This document shows positions 54,612 to 64,000 of a DNA stretch of 64,000 bases, piece after piece (the first letter of the stretch is position 1; each line of letters starts with the position of its first letter). The notes under the pieces were generated by a model, which searched no databases, was not told the DNA's origin, and worked only from the letters and a program-made list of their open reading frames with translations. Made by a program: the position numbers and the translations under genes. The stretch comes from a virus (taxonomy: Duplodnaviria; Caudoviricetes). The stretch lies in the IMG/VR virus record IMGVR_UViG_2671180029_000001, one strand, 5' to 3'.

Positions 54612-55396
54612 TGATTGAATTTATAGACAGTAACGGTATAAAAAGGACGTGCGTTGACGGCAACAATCAATATCTGACCGAGTGTGCAGGAACATTCCCG
54701 CCCTATGGCCAAACATGGCATTTAGCGGACACTTGGAATTTAGACCTTGCTGCTAAATTGATTGCTACAGGCTGGCCTAACGTGGATATTGAAGCTGACA
54801 GGCTTGATGCAAAACTGGCAATCTGCAAAAGAAGTGATGACGCAAAAGGACGACTTCGCGCCTATTCGCATTATGTGGAGTTGGCAACTGTCGCCATTAA
54901 AGACGGCATATTGAGAGACACCGACAGTCCCAGTGCGTGGCTTTATTGGGCGCAATCGAAGCATTACAAAATTGACCATCTAACAAAATATCTAGGCCGT
55001 TCGTTATCTGATAAAGATGCCGCTTTTTTTGCTGGCATTGATGCCATGCTTGAACCGTACCTAAAGCCCATAGATTACGGGCAAGCTGCGCCTGATGTTG
55101 TGGACACGACCAATAAGAAAAACTACCAACCGCCAGGCATTACTGATGGGATGGTGACCATCACTAGACTGGCAATCACAGCCGCATGGGAAATTGAGGG
55201 GGAAATTAAGCGAAAAGCGACTGCTAAAGAGGTAATTAAGAGATTACAGGAATGGGTGAAAAAAAATCAACATGCTGAATTGATAGAGATAATACCGCGT
55301 GGCGTTAAATGGATGACAACTGCCCCAGATGAGAAAAAATACGAAATTGGCGCTTGCCGGGCAACGCTTAAAGCATGGAATAAAAACCGAGACTAG
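54608..55396 (+). CDS. Hypothetical protein
   Basis: 262 aa, overlaps the integrase stop. Confidence 0.6.
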   Translation: MMIEFIDSNGIKRTCVDGNNQYLTECAGTFPPYGQTWHLADTWNLDLAAKLIATGWPNVDIEADRLDAKLAICKRSDDAKGRLRAYSHYVELATVAIKDGILRDTDSPSAWLYWAQSKHYKIDHLTKYLGRSLSDKDAAFFAGIDAMLEPYLKPIDYGQAAPDVVDTTNKKNYQPPGITDGMVTITRLAITAAWEIEGEIKRKATAKEVIKRLQEWVKKNQHAELIEIIPRGVKWMTTAPDEKKYEIGACRATLKAWNKNRD

Positions 55397-55509
55397 ACCG
55401 AGCCTATAGATTCTAAATAGAGACAAGGAACTGTAGAAAAAACATCGAAAGAACACGCGTAAATTACGCATCGAACCCCCGCACTTGCGGGATTAGAGGA
55501 GCGTATGTT

Positions 55510-55770
55510 ATGCAAGAAGCACAAACCGCATCAAGCACACTTCCCAAGCTGGCAACTGTAAAAAATCTTCCAAGTTGTTTTCCGCTGCTGGGACTGACCA
55601 CCGCCGCAGTTCACGGGCAAATTTTTAAATCAAAAGACCGCTTTGACTCTAAAGGCCGCCTGATTCCGGGCAACGGTTTAGCTGAAACTGGTGCAATAAT
55701 TCGACGAGGTAGAAAAGTGCTTATCGACGTTGATAAGTATGCTGCTTGGCTATCTAATGGGGGATTATGA
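55510..55770 (+). CDS. Excisionase/AlpA-like DNA-binding protein
   Basis: IIRRGRKVLIDVDKYAAWL wing motif. Confidence 0.6.
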   Translation: MQEAQTASSTLPKLATVKNLPSCFPLLGLTTAAVHGQIFKSKDRFDSKGRLIPGNGLAETGAIIRRGRKVLIDVDKYAAWLSNGGL

Positions 55771-56191
55771 AATGAAAAACGCCCTCATTCAAACTACAAA
55801 TAAGAGCGCGGCTGACACTGCGAATTATAGCTTAAAAATAAAGCAAGAAAGTGTTGGGCGTGGAGATATAAACATGGGAACCCATGAAAACACCGTCAAA
55901 GCGCAGCGTAAGCGCATTCTTGCTTATCTGCATACCAAACCCCTTGATACATTAGACGCACGCAAAGAACTTGATGTAATGCACCCGGCAGCCCGTGTCA
56001 TGGAATTACGTAATCAAGGGATTGGAATCAAAACGATATGGATAGACCGGGCAAGCGATTGCGGAAAAATTCACCGAATTGCTTGTTATATTTTGGATGG
56101 AGTGACGGACACCACCCCAACCGATACAGAAGACAGTATCAATAGCAAACAAACCGACAAGCAAGAGGATAGCACGGAGGTGGGAGTATGA
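55730..56191 (+). CDS. Winged HTH protein
   Basis: QRKRILAYL...DARKELDVMHPAARVMELRNQG; true start probably downstream. Confidence 0.65.
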   Translation: MISMLLGYLMGDYEMKNALIQTTNKSAADTANYSLKIKQESVGRGDINMGTHENTVKAQRKRILAYLHTKPLDTLDARKELDVMHPAARVMELRNQGIGIKTIWIDRASDCGKIHRIACYILDGVTDTTPTDTEDSINSKQTDKQEDSTEVGV

Positions 56192-57114
56192 GTGGGAGTA
56201 TGAGAACCTTCGAACAGCCAATCAAAGATAAATCATTTTATCGTGCAGGCACGTTAAAACGGATAAGGCGAACCAATCATCAATTAGATCAGTTAGATAA
56301 TCATATTGTTACTGTTCTTATAGATGACCACCCGCAAAGTGTAAGACATATCTTTTACCGCATGACAGATCCACGATTACCTGAAAGTGTTGAAAAGTCA
56401 GACGCGGGTTATCGTCATGTTCAAGATAGGTGTGTGAAGCTGAGACGATCAGGCCGCATTCCCTATGCTTGGATAGCTGACATGAGTAGGCGTGGTTATT
56501 ATGTTCATACCTATTCAGATGCCAGTGAGTTTATATCGAAGATGGCTGGATTATACCGGGCTGATTTGTGGGCAGGTTCAGATCATAGATGTGAAGTCTG
56601 GTGCGAGAGTAGAAGTATTGCCAGTGTCATTCAACGTGTCTGTACTGAAATGGCCGTCGATTTATACCCTTGCGGCGGGTTTGCCAGTCTGTCATTTGCT
56701 CATTATGCCGCAGAACAGCATAACAGAATGAAGGATTATCGCCCGCTGACGATTTTCTATATTGGTGACTATGATCCGGCAGGGGTAATGATTGATCGTT
56801 CGCTAGAACGTGAATTAAGGCTTCATTTAGATTCCAGAATAGATATGAGTTTCGACCGTATCGGTATTAATGAATACCAAATTGCTGAATTCGATTTACC
56901 AACTAAACCCCGCAAGAAAAGTGATACGCGCTCACAACAAGTTATTTCCACCGTTGAAGCTGAGGCAATGCCTGCGCATATCTTGCGTGACTTACTCAGG
57001 TATAGCATTGAAAGCTTACTGCCGGAAGGTGCGCTACACGCCGCAAAAATAGCAGAGCAATCCGAACGTGAAGGGCTGAAAATTCTTGCTAAGCACTTGC
57101 GAGGTGCGCAATGA
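56188..57114 (+). CDS. Topoisomerase VI-A/JetD-like Toprim nuclease-fold protein
   Basis: SVRHIFY (Tyr-bearing winged helix), EVWCE, YIGDYDPAG, EAEA. Confidence 0.7.
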   Translation: MSGSMRTFEQPIKDKSFYRAGTLKRIRRTNHQLDQLDNHIVTVLIDDHPQSVRHIFYRMTDPRLPESVEKSDAGYRHVQDRCVKLRRSGRIPYAWIADMSRRGYYVHTYSDASEFISKMAGLYRADLWAGSDHRCEVWCESRSIASVIQRVCTEMAVDLYPCGGFASLSFAHYAAEQHNRMKDYRPLTIFYIGDYDPAGVMIDRSLERELRLHLDSRIDMSFDRIGINEYQIAEFDLPTKPRKKSDTRSQQVISTVEAEAMPAHILRDLLRYSIESLLPEGALHAAKIAEQSEREGLKILAKHLRGAQ

Positions 57115-57716
57115 GCCAGAATCGTAAACCGCCTGCTTATATGGAATATGCTGCTACCGTACTGGCACAGATTCCATTTCGCAGCATGTCCCTTCAAGAA
57201 CGGGGTTTGTTCTACACGATGAGGCTTGAATGCTGGGTGAATAAGAACTTGCCCAGTGATCCTCTTACAATGTCAAAAATATTGGGGTTGTCAGCTGATG
57301 AGGTTGCCATTTCTCTTCCTGCTGTAATGAAATTCTTTAAGATTGAAGGCGATTTTATTATTTGCCCTGAGTTGGAAGACTATCGATCTCATTTAGAAGA
57401 AAGAAAGCATAAACAAAGCCAAGGCGGTAAAACCGGATCAGCCATTACCAATAAAAAACGAAAAGTGGCCAAAGAAATTGCAAATGAAGAATCAAGCAAT
57501 AATCCATCGAGTACCTTGTCGAGTAACTCGCAAGTACCCCGACGAGGTAGTGACGAGTCCTTAGTTAAGTCAAGTACAGTAAAGCTAAGTCAAGTACAGT
57601 CCATTAAAGAAAAAGATTCTAGCGTGGATTCTTTTATTAAAGATTACGAAGAGTACGAAGCTAAGGAAGAAAAAGATGCATTGGATAACGGTAATAATGA
57701 ATTTGTGAGGTTTTGA
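57111..57716 (+). CDS. DUF1376/YdaU-like replication initiator
   Basis: MSLQERGLFYTMRLECWVNKNLPSD. Confidence 0.6.
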   Translation: MSQNRKPPAYMEYAATVLAQIPFRSMSLQERGLFYTMRLECWVNKNLPSDPLTMSKILGLSADEVAISLPAVMKFFKIEGDFIICPELEDYRSHLEERKHKQSQGGKTGSAITNKKRKVAKEIANEESSNNPSSTLSSNSQVPRRGSDESLVKSSTVKLSQVQSIKEKDSSVDSFIKDYEEYEAKEEKDALDNGNNEFVRF

Positions 57717-58081
57717 TGAGCGCTATCGAAATCATTAAAGAACTGAGAGAACAAAACTTTTTTGTTAAAGCTGATGGTGACTATCTTGAGCTATCGCCGC
57801 CTGAGAAAGTTACCCATGAACTGATTAACCGTTTACGAAAACACAAACCCGCAATCATTGCGGAGCTGATGCGTGAAGAATGACGCACCAGGGTATTAAC
57901 GATGCTGGCAGAGAATACCAGTACACCAAGGGCAATCATTACAGATGCGGATAGCGATCCTGATAACATGATTCTAGCCATTGCTATCCGTGATCAGTAC
58001 AGCTTTGAAATGGCGATACCCAAAGATAAGTATGATCCATTTTTGTTAATGGAAATGATTGAAAACGGTTCGACCCAGTGA
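57716..58081 (+). pseudogene. Conserved-looking small protein interrupted by an in-frame TGA at 57881
   Basis: MSAIE...LMREE*RTRVLTMLAEN...GSTQ*; frame stays open after the stop, consistent with CGA>TGA. Confidence 0.55.
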
Positions 58082-58133
58082 CCGAAAGAACAAGCCGACA
58101 ATAACTCATTTTTGATTAAAGGAATAATTACTC

Positions 58134-58877
58134 ATGGCAACAAGAAAGAAAGCAAAAGAACCTAACCAGCAAGAAGCAAAAACATTAATCATCAAAAATC
58201 AAAAGGGGAAAAGTGAGGAACGAAAACTAGCCGAAGTGTTGCTATCCCCCACCGCGCTAAATGCATTTACCGCTGAAACATTTATTGCGACTTCTGCACG
58301 GGCACTGGATTTGACTGAAGCGGTGGATATAATGAATGGAAAAACAGAAAAAATTATTGCCGGTGATTTAAGCGAGTTGGAATCTACATTAATCGCACAA
58401 GCGGTTTCCTTAAATGCCATTTTCAATACCTTGGCAAAGCGATCAGCTCAAAATATGGGTAATTATCTTAAATCTACCGAAGTCTATATGCGACTAGCTT
58501 TGAAAGCACAGGCACAATGCGCCCGCACCATAGAAATATTGGCAGCCATTAAGAATCCCCCAATAATTTATGCCAAGCAAGCCAATATTGCACACGGACA
58601 CCAGCAAATCAACAACAACACAACCCATACGCACACGGGGAAAAATATAAATTCTTCAAACGAACTATTAAGCGAGGACAACAATGAGACATTGGACACC
58701 CGAAGAACGATTGAAACAAGCGGAGTTAATCAGAAACTGGCAGCCGTGGAAACAATCCACGGGAGCAAAGACATCAACAGGAAAAGCAATATCCAGCCAG
58801 AATGCATATACGCATGGATTAAGCAAGTTTCAAAAAGAAATGCGCCAATTATTAAAGCATCAAAAACAGATTATTGA
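58134..58877 (+). CDS. Conserved hypothetical protein of satellite-like elements
   Basis: RLALKAQAQCARTIEILAAIKNPP...KQANIAHGHQQIN. Confidence 0.6.
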   Translation: MATRKKAKEPNQQEAKTLIIKNQKGKSEERKLAEVLLSPTALNAFTAETFIATSARALDLTEAVDIMNGKTEKIIAGDLSELESTLIAQAVSLNAIFNTLAKRSAQNMGNYLKSTEVYMRLALKAQAQCARTIEILAAIKNPPIIYAKQANIAHGHQQINNNTTHTHTGKNINSSNELLSEDNNETLDTRRTIETSGVNQKLAAVETIHGSKDINRKSNIQPECIYAWIKQVSKRNAPIIKASKTDY

Positions 58878-58911
58878 AACAATTTCATATTCATGTGATT
58901 CTGATATCTAG
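58684..58911 (+). CDS. HGGxSTG-related small protein (possibly TerS-like)
   Basis: WKQSTGAKTSTGKAISSQNAYTHG; overlaps the upstream ORF in another frame. Confidence 0.5.
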   Translation: MRHWTPEERLKQAELIRNWQPWKQSTGAKTSTGKAISSQNAYTHGLSKFQKEMRQLLKHQKQIIETISYSCDSDI

Positions 58912-58914
58912 GAG

Positions 58915-59430
58915 TTGTCAATGTGCATTCTCAAATGGTTAAATAAACGTACTCCTCCGACGCTCTTAAGTAATGACACATTTAAAGATATTGCTTATAT
59001 TCAAGTCCTGGAATATGCGGCAAAACAAGCAAGAGGAGTTGGATATAACAAAAATGGGGAAGAACGATGCATTGGATTCAAGCTTGAGAATATTCAGGTC
59101 GATCTAAAAGAAATTAAGTTAGATTGGTTACAAGAGATTCTTCCCGAAATCTGCACTATACGCCTAAATAACAAAGAAATAATTGGTAGACCCAGCCAAG
59201 AGAATGACAAATGGAGTGAATATACTTTTGTGATTAAATCAGATGAATATATTAAATTTATCACTCTTGAAAGTTCAGTTAATGCGAATAAGTCACTGAT
59301 AGCAACCAATTCTTCTTTAAAAGTAGCAATTATTTCTCTTTGGATTGCAATAATTACATTGTTTGCAACAATCACAATAGATTTTTTTGAGGTTAATTAT
59401 AAAGACTTAATGTTTTGTCTTGTTCCATAA
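58915..59430 (+). CDS. AT-rich hypothetical protein with C-terminal TM helix
   Basis: 171 aa, VAIISLWIAIITLFATITI. Confidence 0.55.
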   Translation: MSMCILKWLNKRTPPTLLSNDTFKDIAYIQVLEYAAKQARGVGYNKNGEERCIGFKLENIQVDLKEIKLDWLQEILPEICTIRLNNKEIIGRPSQENDKWSEYTFVIKSDEYIKFITLESSVNANKSLIATNSSLKVAIISLWIAIITLFATITIDFFEVNYKDLMFCLVP

Positions 59431-59551
59431 ACTAAAGAAATTAGTTGAAATAAATAGTAATAGCATTACTCCGTTTTGTTTGTTCAAATATGTAAATGAG
59501 TATATGCATTCCAAGCGAAATTCTGTTTAAAATTAAATTTCAGGGGAAAGT

Positions 59552-62500
59552 ATGTCAGCCTTACGGGAATTACTCGCAAGCTATCGCAGCGCATCACGCA
59601 CCGAACGAGAAAAAGGCACGTACTTTGAATTATTGATTAAGGATTTTCTCAAGAATGACCCCACCTATTCCCCGCAATTCTCCGAAGTATGGACATACAA
59701 AGACTGGGCAGAATCACAAGGTATTGATAGCCGTGACATTGGCATAGACCTGGTTGCAGGATTAAGTGAACAGGAAGGATTCTGTGCCATTCAATGCAAG
59801 TTTTATGCAGAAAACTACAGAATCCAGAAATCAGATTTGGATTCATTCTTTACCGCTTCAGGCAAGAAAGGATTCACTCGCCGGTTAATCATTGATTCTA
59901 CCAATGGCGCATGGAGTGAACATGCTGAAACGGCACTCAGTAATCAAACCATCGGAACCCAACGGATTGGCTTATCCGAATTAGAAAACAGCCCGATTGA
60001 TTGGAGTGTATACGCACCCAGCGCGATTATACTCAAGCCTAAGAAGAAACCAAGGGATCACCAGATTGCCGCAATAAAAGCGGTTAAGGAAGGATTGGCA
60101 ATAGCTGACCGTGGCAAGATGATCATGGCTTGTGGCACCGGTAAAACCTTCACTAGCTTGAAGATTGCCGAAGAAATGGCAGGCAGCGGCCATCAAGTTT
60201 TATTTCTGGTGCCATCCCTGTCTTTAATGTCTCAAACGATTACCGAATGGACGATTGAAAGTGTCTTGCCGCTGCGTTCTTATGCCGTCTGTTCAGATGT
60301 TCAAGTAGGTAAACGGAAAAACAGCGATGATCTGGCAGATATCAATATTCATGATCTGGCTTACCCAGCCACTACGAATGCAAAGAAGCTGGCGGAAAAA
60401 ATAGCGCATCCTCACGATGGTGAAATGACCGTCATTTTTGCAACCTATCAATCTATTCAGGTTATTCATGACGCGCAAAAGCAATATGGATTACCTGCCT
60501 TTGATCTGATTATCTGTGATGAAGCTCACCGCACTACAGGTGCCACCTTAGACGGTGAAGATGAATCAAACTTTGTAAAAATTCATGATCCGGATTATAT
60601 CAAAGGCACAAAACGCCTTTACATGACCGCAACACCGCGTATCTTTGGTGATGCCATCAAAACCAAGGCCAAGGAAGTGGATGCCGTGCTTGCATCGATG
60701 GATAACCCTGCCTTATATGGCGAAACGCTCTATGAGTTGAGTTTTTCTTATGCAGTACAAAAACACTTACTCACCGATTATAAAGTGCTGGTATTGGCCG
60801 TTGATGAAACGCTGGTCAGTGAAGGCGTGCAGAAGCGTTTAACCGATACCGACAGTGAATTGATACTGGATGATGCCACCAAAATAATTGGCTGCTATCG
60901 TGCTTTAAGCAAACTGGATATCAAAGCGGATGTAGTTGCTGATTGCGACCCTATGCGCCGGGCGGTTGCCTTTTGCCGTGATATTAAAAGCTCAAAACGC
61001 ATAAAGGATGAATTCGCCATCGTCATTGATGAATATCTGAAAAACCTATCACTGCCCGAAGATTTTCTACCCCTTAACTGTGAAGCCGATCATGTGGACG
61101 GCACTTTCAATGCCACTGCACGCAATAGCCGGTTAAACTGGTTAAAAGAAGATACTGATAAATATACTTGCCGAATTTTAAGCAATGCCCGCTGCTTATC
61201 GGAAGGTGTGGACGTGCCCGCTTTGGATGCCATTTTATTTTTGCATCCGCGCAAATCCCAGATTGATGTGGTGCAATCGGTTGGCCGTGTCATGCGCCGG
61301 GCGGAAGGTAAAAACATGGGATATGTGATTTTACCTATTGGCGTACCCGCTGGCTTATCCCCTGAAAAAGCCCTCAACAACAATGAAAAATACAAAGTAG
61401 TATGGCAAATCTTAAATGCCTTGCGTTCGCATGATGACCGCTTCGATGCCACCATCAATAAGCTGGATTTGGGCGCTGATGTCAGCAGCAAGATAGAAAT
61501 CATTGCAGTCAGCAATACTTTACCCGAACGGCAAGGTACTAAGAAAGAAGGCAGCAATATTGGTGCGGGTGGCTATGACGGCAATGATAATGAATCCTTT
61601 GATAACACCAAGGACAAAACCACTTCAATCCAAACCAGCTTTGCATTTGATGAATTCCAGAAAGCTATATACGCGAAAATCGTAAAGAAATGCGGCAAGC
61701 GTGATTATTGGGAGAATTGGGCAAATGATATAGCGCGTATTGCACAAACGCACGTTACCCGCATTACAGCCTTACTAAAAAACAAGGGTGGCCGAGAGTA
61801 TCAAGCGTTTGCAAAGTTTCTGGAAGAATTGCGCGATGATTTGAATGAAAGCATCACCGAGACTGAAGCCATAGAAATGCTGGCACAGCACATTATCACC
61901 AAGCCAGTATTTGATGCCTTGTTTGAGGGTTACAGCTTCACCCAACATAATCCGGTATCTCAAGCTATGCAAAGTGTGCTGAATGTATTGCATGAGCAAA
62001 ACCTTGAAAAAGAAACCGAGACGCTACAAAAATTCTATGACAGCGTTAAAATGCGGGCAGCTGATATTGATAACGCCATCGGTAAGCAGCGCATCATTGT
62101 TGAACTCTACGACAAGTTTTTTAAAAACGCCTTCCCGAAAATGACTGATAGGCTGGGCATTGTTTATACGCCGGTTGAAGTGGTGGATTTCATTATTCAC
62201 AGCATCAATGACGCATTACAGCAAGAATTCAATCAAACCTTGGGAAGCCCGAATGTCCATATACTTGACCCCTTTACAGGAACCGGAACCTTCATCACCA
62301 GGCTATTGCAAAGCGGGCTGATTGATCGGCAGCAATTAGCTTATAAATACCAGAATGAAATCCACGCCAATGAAATTGTATTGCTGGCTTATTACATCGC
62401 AGCCATAAACATTGAAGCGGCTTATCACAGCATCATAGGTGGGGATTATGAACCGTTTAATGGCATATGCTTGACCGATACCTTCCAGCTTCACGAGAAA

Positions 62501-63937
62501 GACGATTTGGTCAGCAATATGCTGGTGGCTAATAGCACTCGGCGCAAGAAGCAAAAGGCGTTGGATATACGCGTGATTATGGGCAATCCGCCTTATTCCG
62601 CAGGGCAGAAAAGTGCAAATGACAATAACAAAAATATAACTTATCCAAAATTGGACAGGTCAATTGAAGACACTTATGCTGAAGAATCAAGTGCTGGAAA
62701 TGTTAAAAATCTTTATGATTCATATGTTCGCGCTATCCGTTGGGCAAGTGATCGTATTGGCAATAGCGGTGTAATTGGTTTTGTGAGCAATGCCAGCTTT
62801 GTGGATGGTAACGCTATGGATGGATTGCGAAAATGCCTGACTGAAGAATTTAGTCGTGTTTATGTGTTTCATTTGCGAGGGAATCAACGCACATCCGGTG
62901 AATTATCACGTAAAGAAGGTGGCAAGATTTTTGGAAGTGGTAGCCGGGCACCGATTGCTATCAGTATTTTGATTAAAAATCCCAAAGCTGCTGAGCATGG
63001 ACAAATCTATATGCACGACATTGGCGATTATTTAAGTCGTGAGGATAAACTTGCCAGAATTAGGTCATTTAAAAGCATCAGTGGCATTAAAAAGGCTAAT
63101 GGCTGGCAACCCATTACGCCGGATAAGCATCATGACTGGATAGGTCAGCGTGATGATAGCTTTAGTGAGTTTATTAGCTTGGGGGATAAGAAGGATAAAG
63201 AGGCAGTGGCTATTTTTGAAGATTATTGTCTAGGATTAACAACTAGCAGGGATGCATGGTGTTATCAGTTTTCAAGAAATTCACTGGAAAATAACATTTC
63301 AAGAATGATAGATTTTTTTAATTCTGAAGCTGCTAGATTTAAAGAAGCCTGTCAGAAGTTTACAAAAGATAATAGTTTTAGGATTGAAAATTTCGTTAAC
63401 AATGATACAACTAAAATAAGTTGGTCAAGAGGTTTGAAACAAAGCTTATCAAGAGATAAACAGCTATCTTTTATGAAAGATAGCCTTGACATTGGGATAT
63501 ATCGCCCATTCTCCAAACAATGGGTTTATTTTGACAAATTTCTTAATGAGTATATTTATAAATTACCTCGCATTTTCCCCAATGCAACAGCAGATAATCG
63601 GGTGATTTGTGTAACTGGGAGGGGGGAAACAGTAGAGTTCTCCGCTTTAATCGTAGATAAGATTCCAAATTTGCATACGATTGCATCAGGTCAGTGCTTT
63701 CCTCTCAAACTCTATAACTCATCATTAAATGAATCCATCCAATCTGATGATGTGCATGGTGATTTGTTTGAAAACAATCAAAAGAAATCAATTACCACCG
63801 ATGCTAAATACAATATAAAAGATGGTATAACCGTTGCAGGGCTGGCACATTTCCAATCAGCCTATCCATCAGAATCCATCAATAAAGAAGATGTTTTTTA
63901 CTACATCTCAGTAGTGTCCGGCAATTTAGTTGAATAG
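59552..63937 (+). CDS. Type ISP restriction-modification enzyme (nuclease-helicase-MTase-TRD), C-terminally truncated
   Basis: DIGIDL...AIQCKFY nuclease, ACGTGKT, DEAH, DPFTGTG, GNPPY; coding pattern breaks after EDVFYYI. Confidence 0.88.
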   Translation: MSALRELLASYRSASRTEREKGTYFELLIKDFLKNDPTYSPQFSEVWTYKDWAESQGIDSRDIGIDLVAGLSEQEGFCAIQCKFYAENYRIQKSDLDSFFTASGKKGFTRRLIIDSTNGAWSEHAETALSNQTIGTQRIGLSELENSPIDWSVYAPSAIILKPKKKPRDHQIAAIKAVKEGLAIADRGKMIMACGTGKTFTSLKIAEEMAGSGHQVLFLVPSLSLMSQTITEWTIESVLPLRSYAVCSDVQVGKRKNSDDLADINIHDLAYPATTNAKKLAEKIAHPHDGEMTVIFATYQSIQVIHDAQKQYGLPAFDLIICDEAHRTTGATLDGEDESNFVKIHDPDYIKGTKRLYMTATPRIFGDAIKTKAKEVDAVLASMDNPALYGETLYELSFSYAVQKHLLTDYKVLVLAVDETLVSEGVQKRLTDTDSELILDDATKIIGCYRALSKLDIKADVVADCDPMRRAVAFCRDIKSSKRIKDEFAIVIDEYLKNLSLPEDFLPLNCEADHVDGTFNATARNSRLNWLKEDTDKYTCRILSNARCLSEGVDVPALDAILFLHPRKSQIDVVQSVGRVMRRAEGKNMGYVILPIGVPAGLSPEKALNNNEKYKVVWQILNALRSHDDRFDATINKLDLGADVSSKIEIIAVSNTLPERQGTKKEGSNIGAGGYDGNDNESFDNTKDKTTSIQTSFAFDEFQKAIYAKIVKKCGKRDYWENWANDIARIAQTHVTRITALLKNKGGREYQAFAKFLEELRDDLNESITETEAIEMLAQHIITKPVFDALFEGYSFTQHNPVSQAMQSVLNVLHEQNLEKETETLQKFYDSVKMRAADIDNAIGKQRIIVELYDKFFKNAFPKMTDRLGIVYTPVEVVDFIIHSINDALQQEFNQTLGSPNVHILDPFTGTGTFITRLLQSGLIDRQQLAYKYQNEIHANEIVLLAYYIAAINIEAAYHSIIGGDYEPFNGICLTDTFQLHEKDDLVSNMLVANSTRRKKQKALDIRVIMGNPPYSAGQKSANDNNKNITYPKLDRSIEDTYAEESSAGNVKNLYDSYVRAIRWASDRIGNSGVIGFVSNASFVDGNAMDGLRKCLTEEFSRVYVFHLRGNQRTSGELSRKEGGKIFGSGSRAPIAISILIKNPKAAEHGQIYMHDIGDYLSREDKLARIRSFKSISGIKKANGWQPITPDKHHDWIGQRDDSFSEFISLGDKKDKEAVAIFEDYCLGLTTSRDAWCYQFSRNSLENNISRMIDFFNSEAARFKEACQKFTKDNSFRIENFVNNDTTKISWSRGLKQSLSRDKQLSFMKDSLDIGIYRPFSKQWVYFDKFLNEYIYKLPRIFPNATADNRVICVTGRGETVEFSALIVDKIPNLHTIASGQCFPLKLYNSSLNESIQSDDVHGDLFENNQKKSITTDAKYNIKDGITVAGLAHFQSAYPSESINKEDVFYYISVVSGNLVE

Positions 63938-64000
63938 ATTCAGTTGGTTGTTGTTATGGTGAGTGATCATTTGCATCTCAGTATTTTTAAGTAATTGATC
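63909..64000. mobile_element. Probable insertion sequence end interrupting the Type ISP gene
   Basis: Abrupt switch to CAGTAGTGTCCGGCAATTTAG... with an early stop; family not determinable. Confidence 0.4.

Larger units (their letters stand above)
53197..64000 (+). mobile_element. Second integrative, satellite-like element in tandem at tRNA-Phe; right end outside window
   Basis: Own integrase next to att, CGGGACA repeats at 53245 and 53256, excisionase-like, replication and defence genes, no structural genes seen. Confidence 0.75.

Noticed and set aside
1-64000. CRISPR array, retron or diversity-generating retroelement
   Set aside because: No repeat-spacer array, no reverse transcriptase motifs and no TR/VR pair seen by eye

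Overview
Most of the window (1-53196) is a lambdoid-regulated, siphovirus-type prophage whose left end lies outside the window. The host is probably a betaproteobacterium such as Nitrosomonas; this is inferred only from the VPEPETYLM-type PEP-CTERM signals and moderate GC. The minus strand carries lysis, tail, head, packaging, DNA-modification and replication genes. A cro/cI switch lies at about 37.9 kb with matching OR and OL operators. The plus-strand early operon (YqaJ, RecT, exonuclease, ATPase, xis) converges on a tyrosine integrase next to the 3' half of tRNA-Phe (att). Accessory features: an oppositely oriented anti-restriction-like island (DUF4942-type MTase, ArdC, LPD29-like, HicAB) splitting the head operon, two PEP-CTERM surface proteins, an orphan umuC, a HATPase/STAS pair in the lambda rex position, a ParB/MTase-GNAT/DUF488 cluster, a C4-like RNA and a 69-nt tRNA-like RNA. 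From 53197 a second integrative, satellite-like element sits in tandem at the same att. It encodes an integrase, a TopoVI-A/Toprim protein, a replication initiator and a Type ISP restriction-modification gene that appears cut short at about 63.9 kb. All family assignments come from motif recognition by eye, not database searches.
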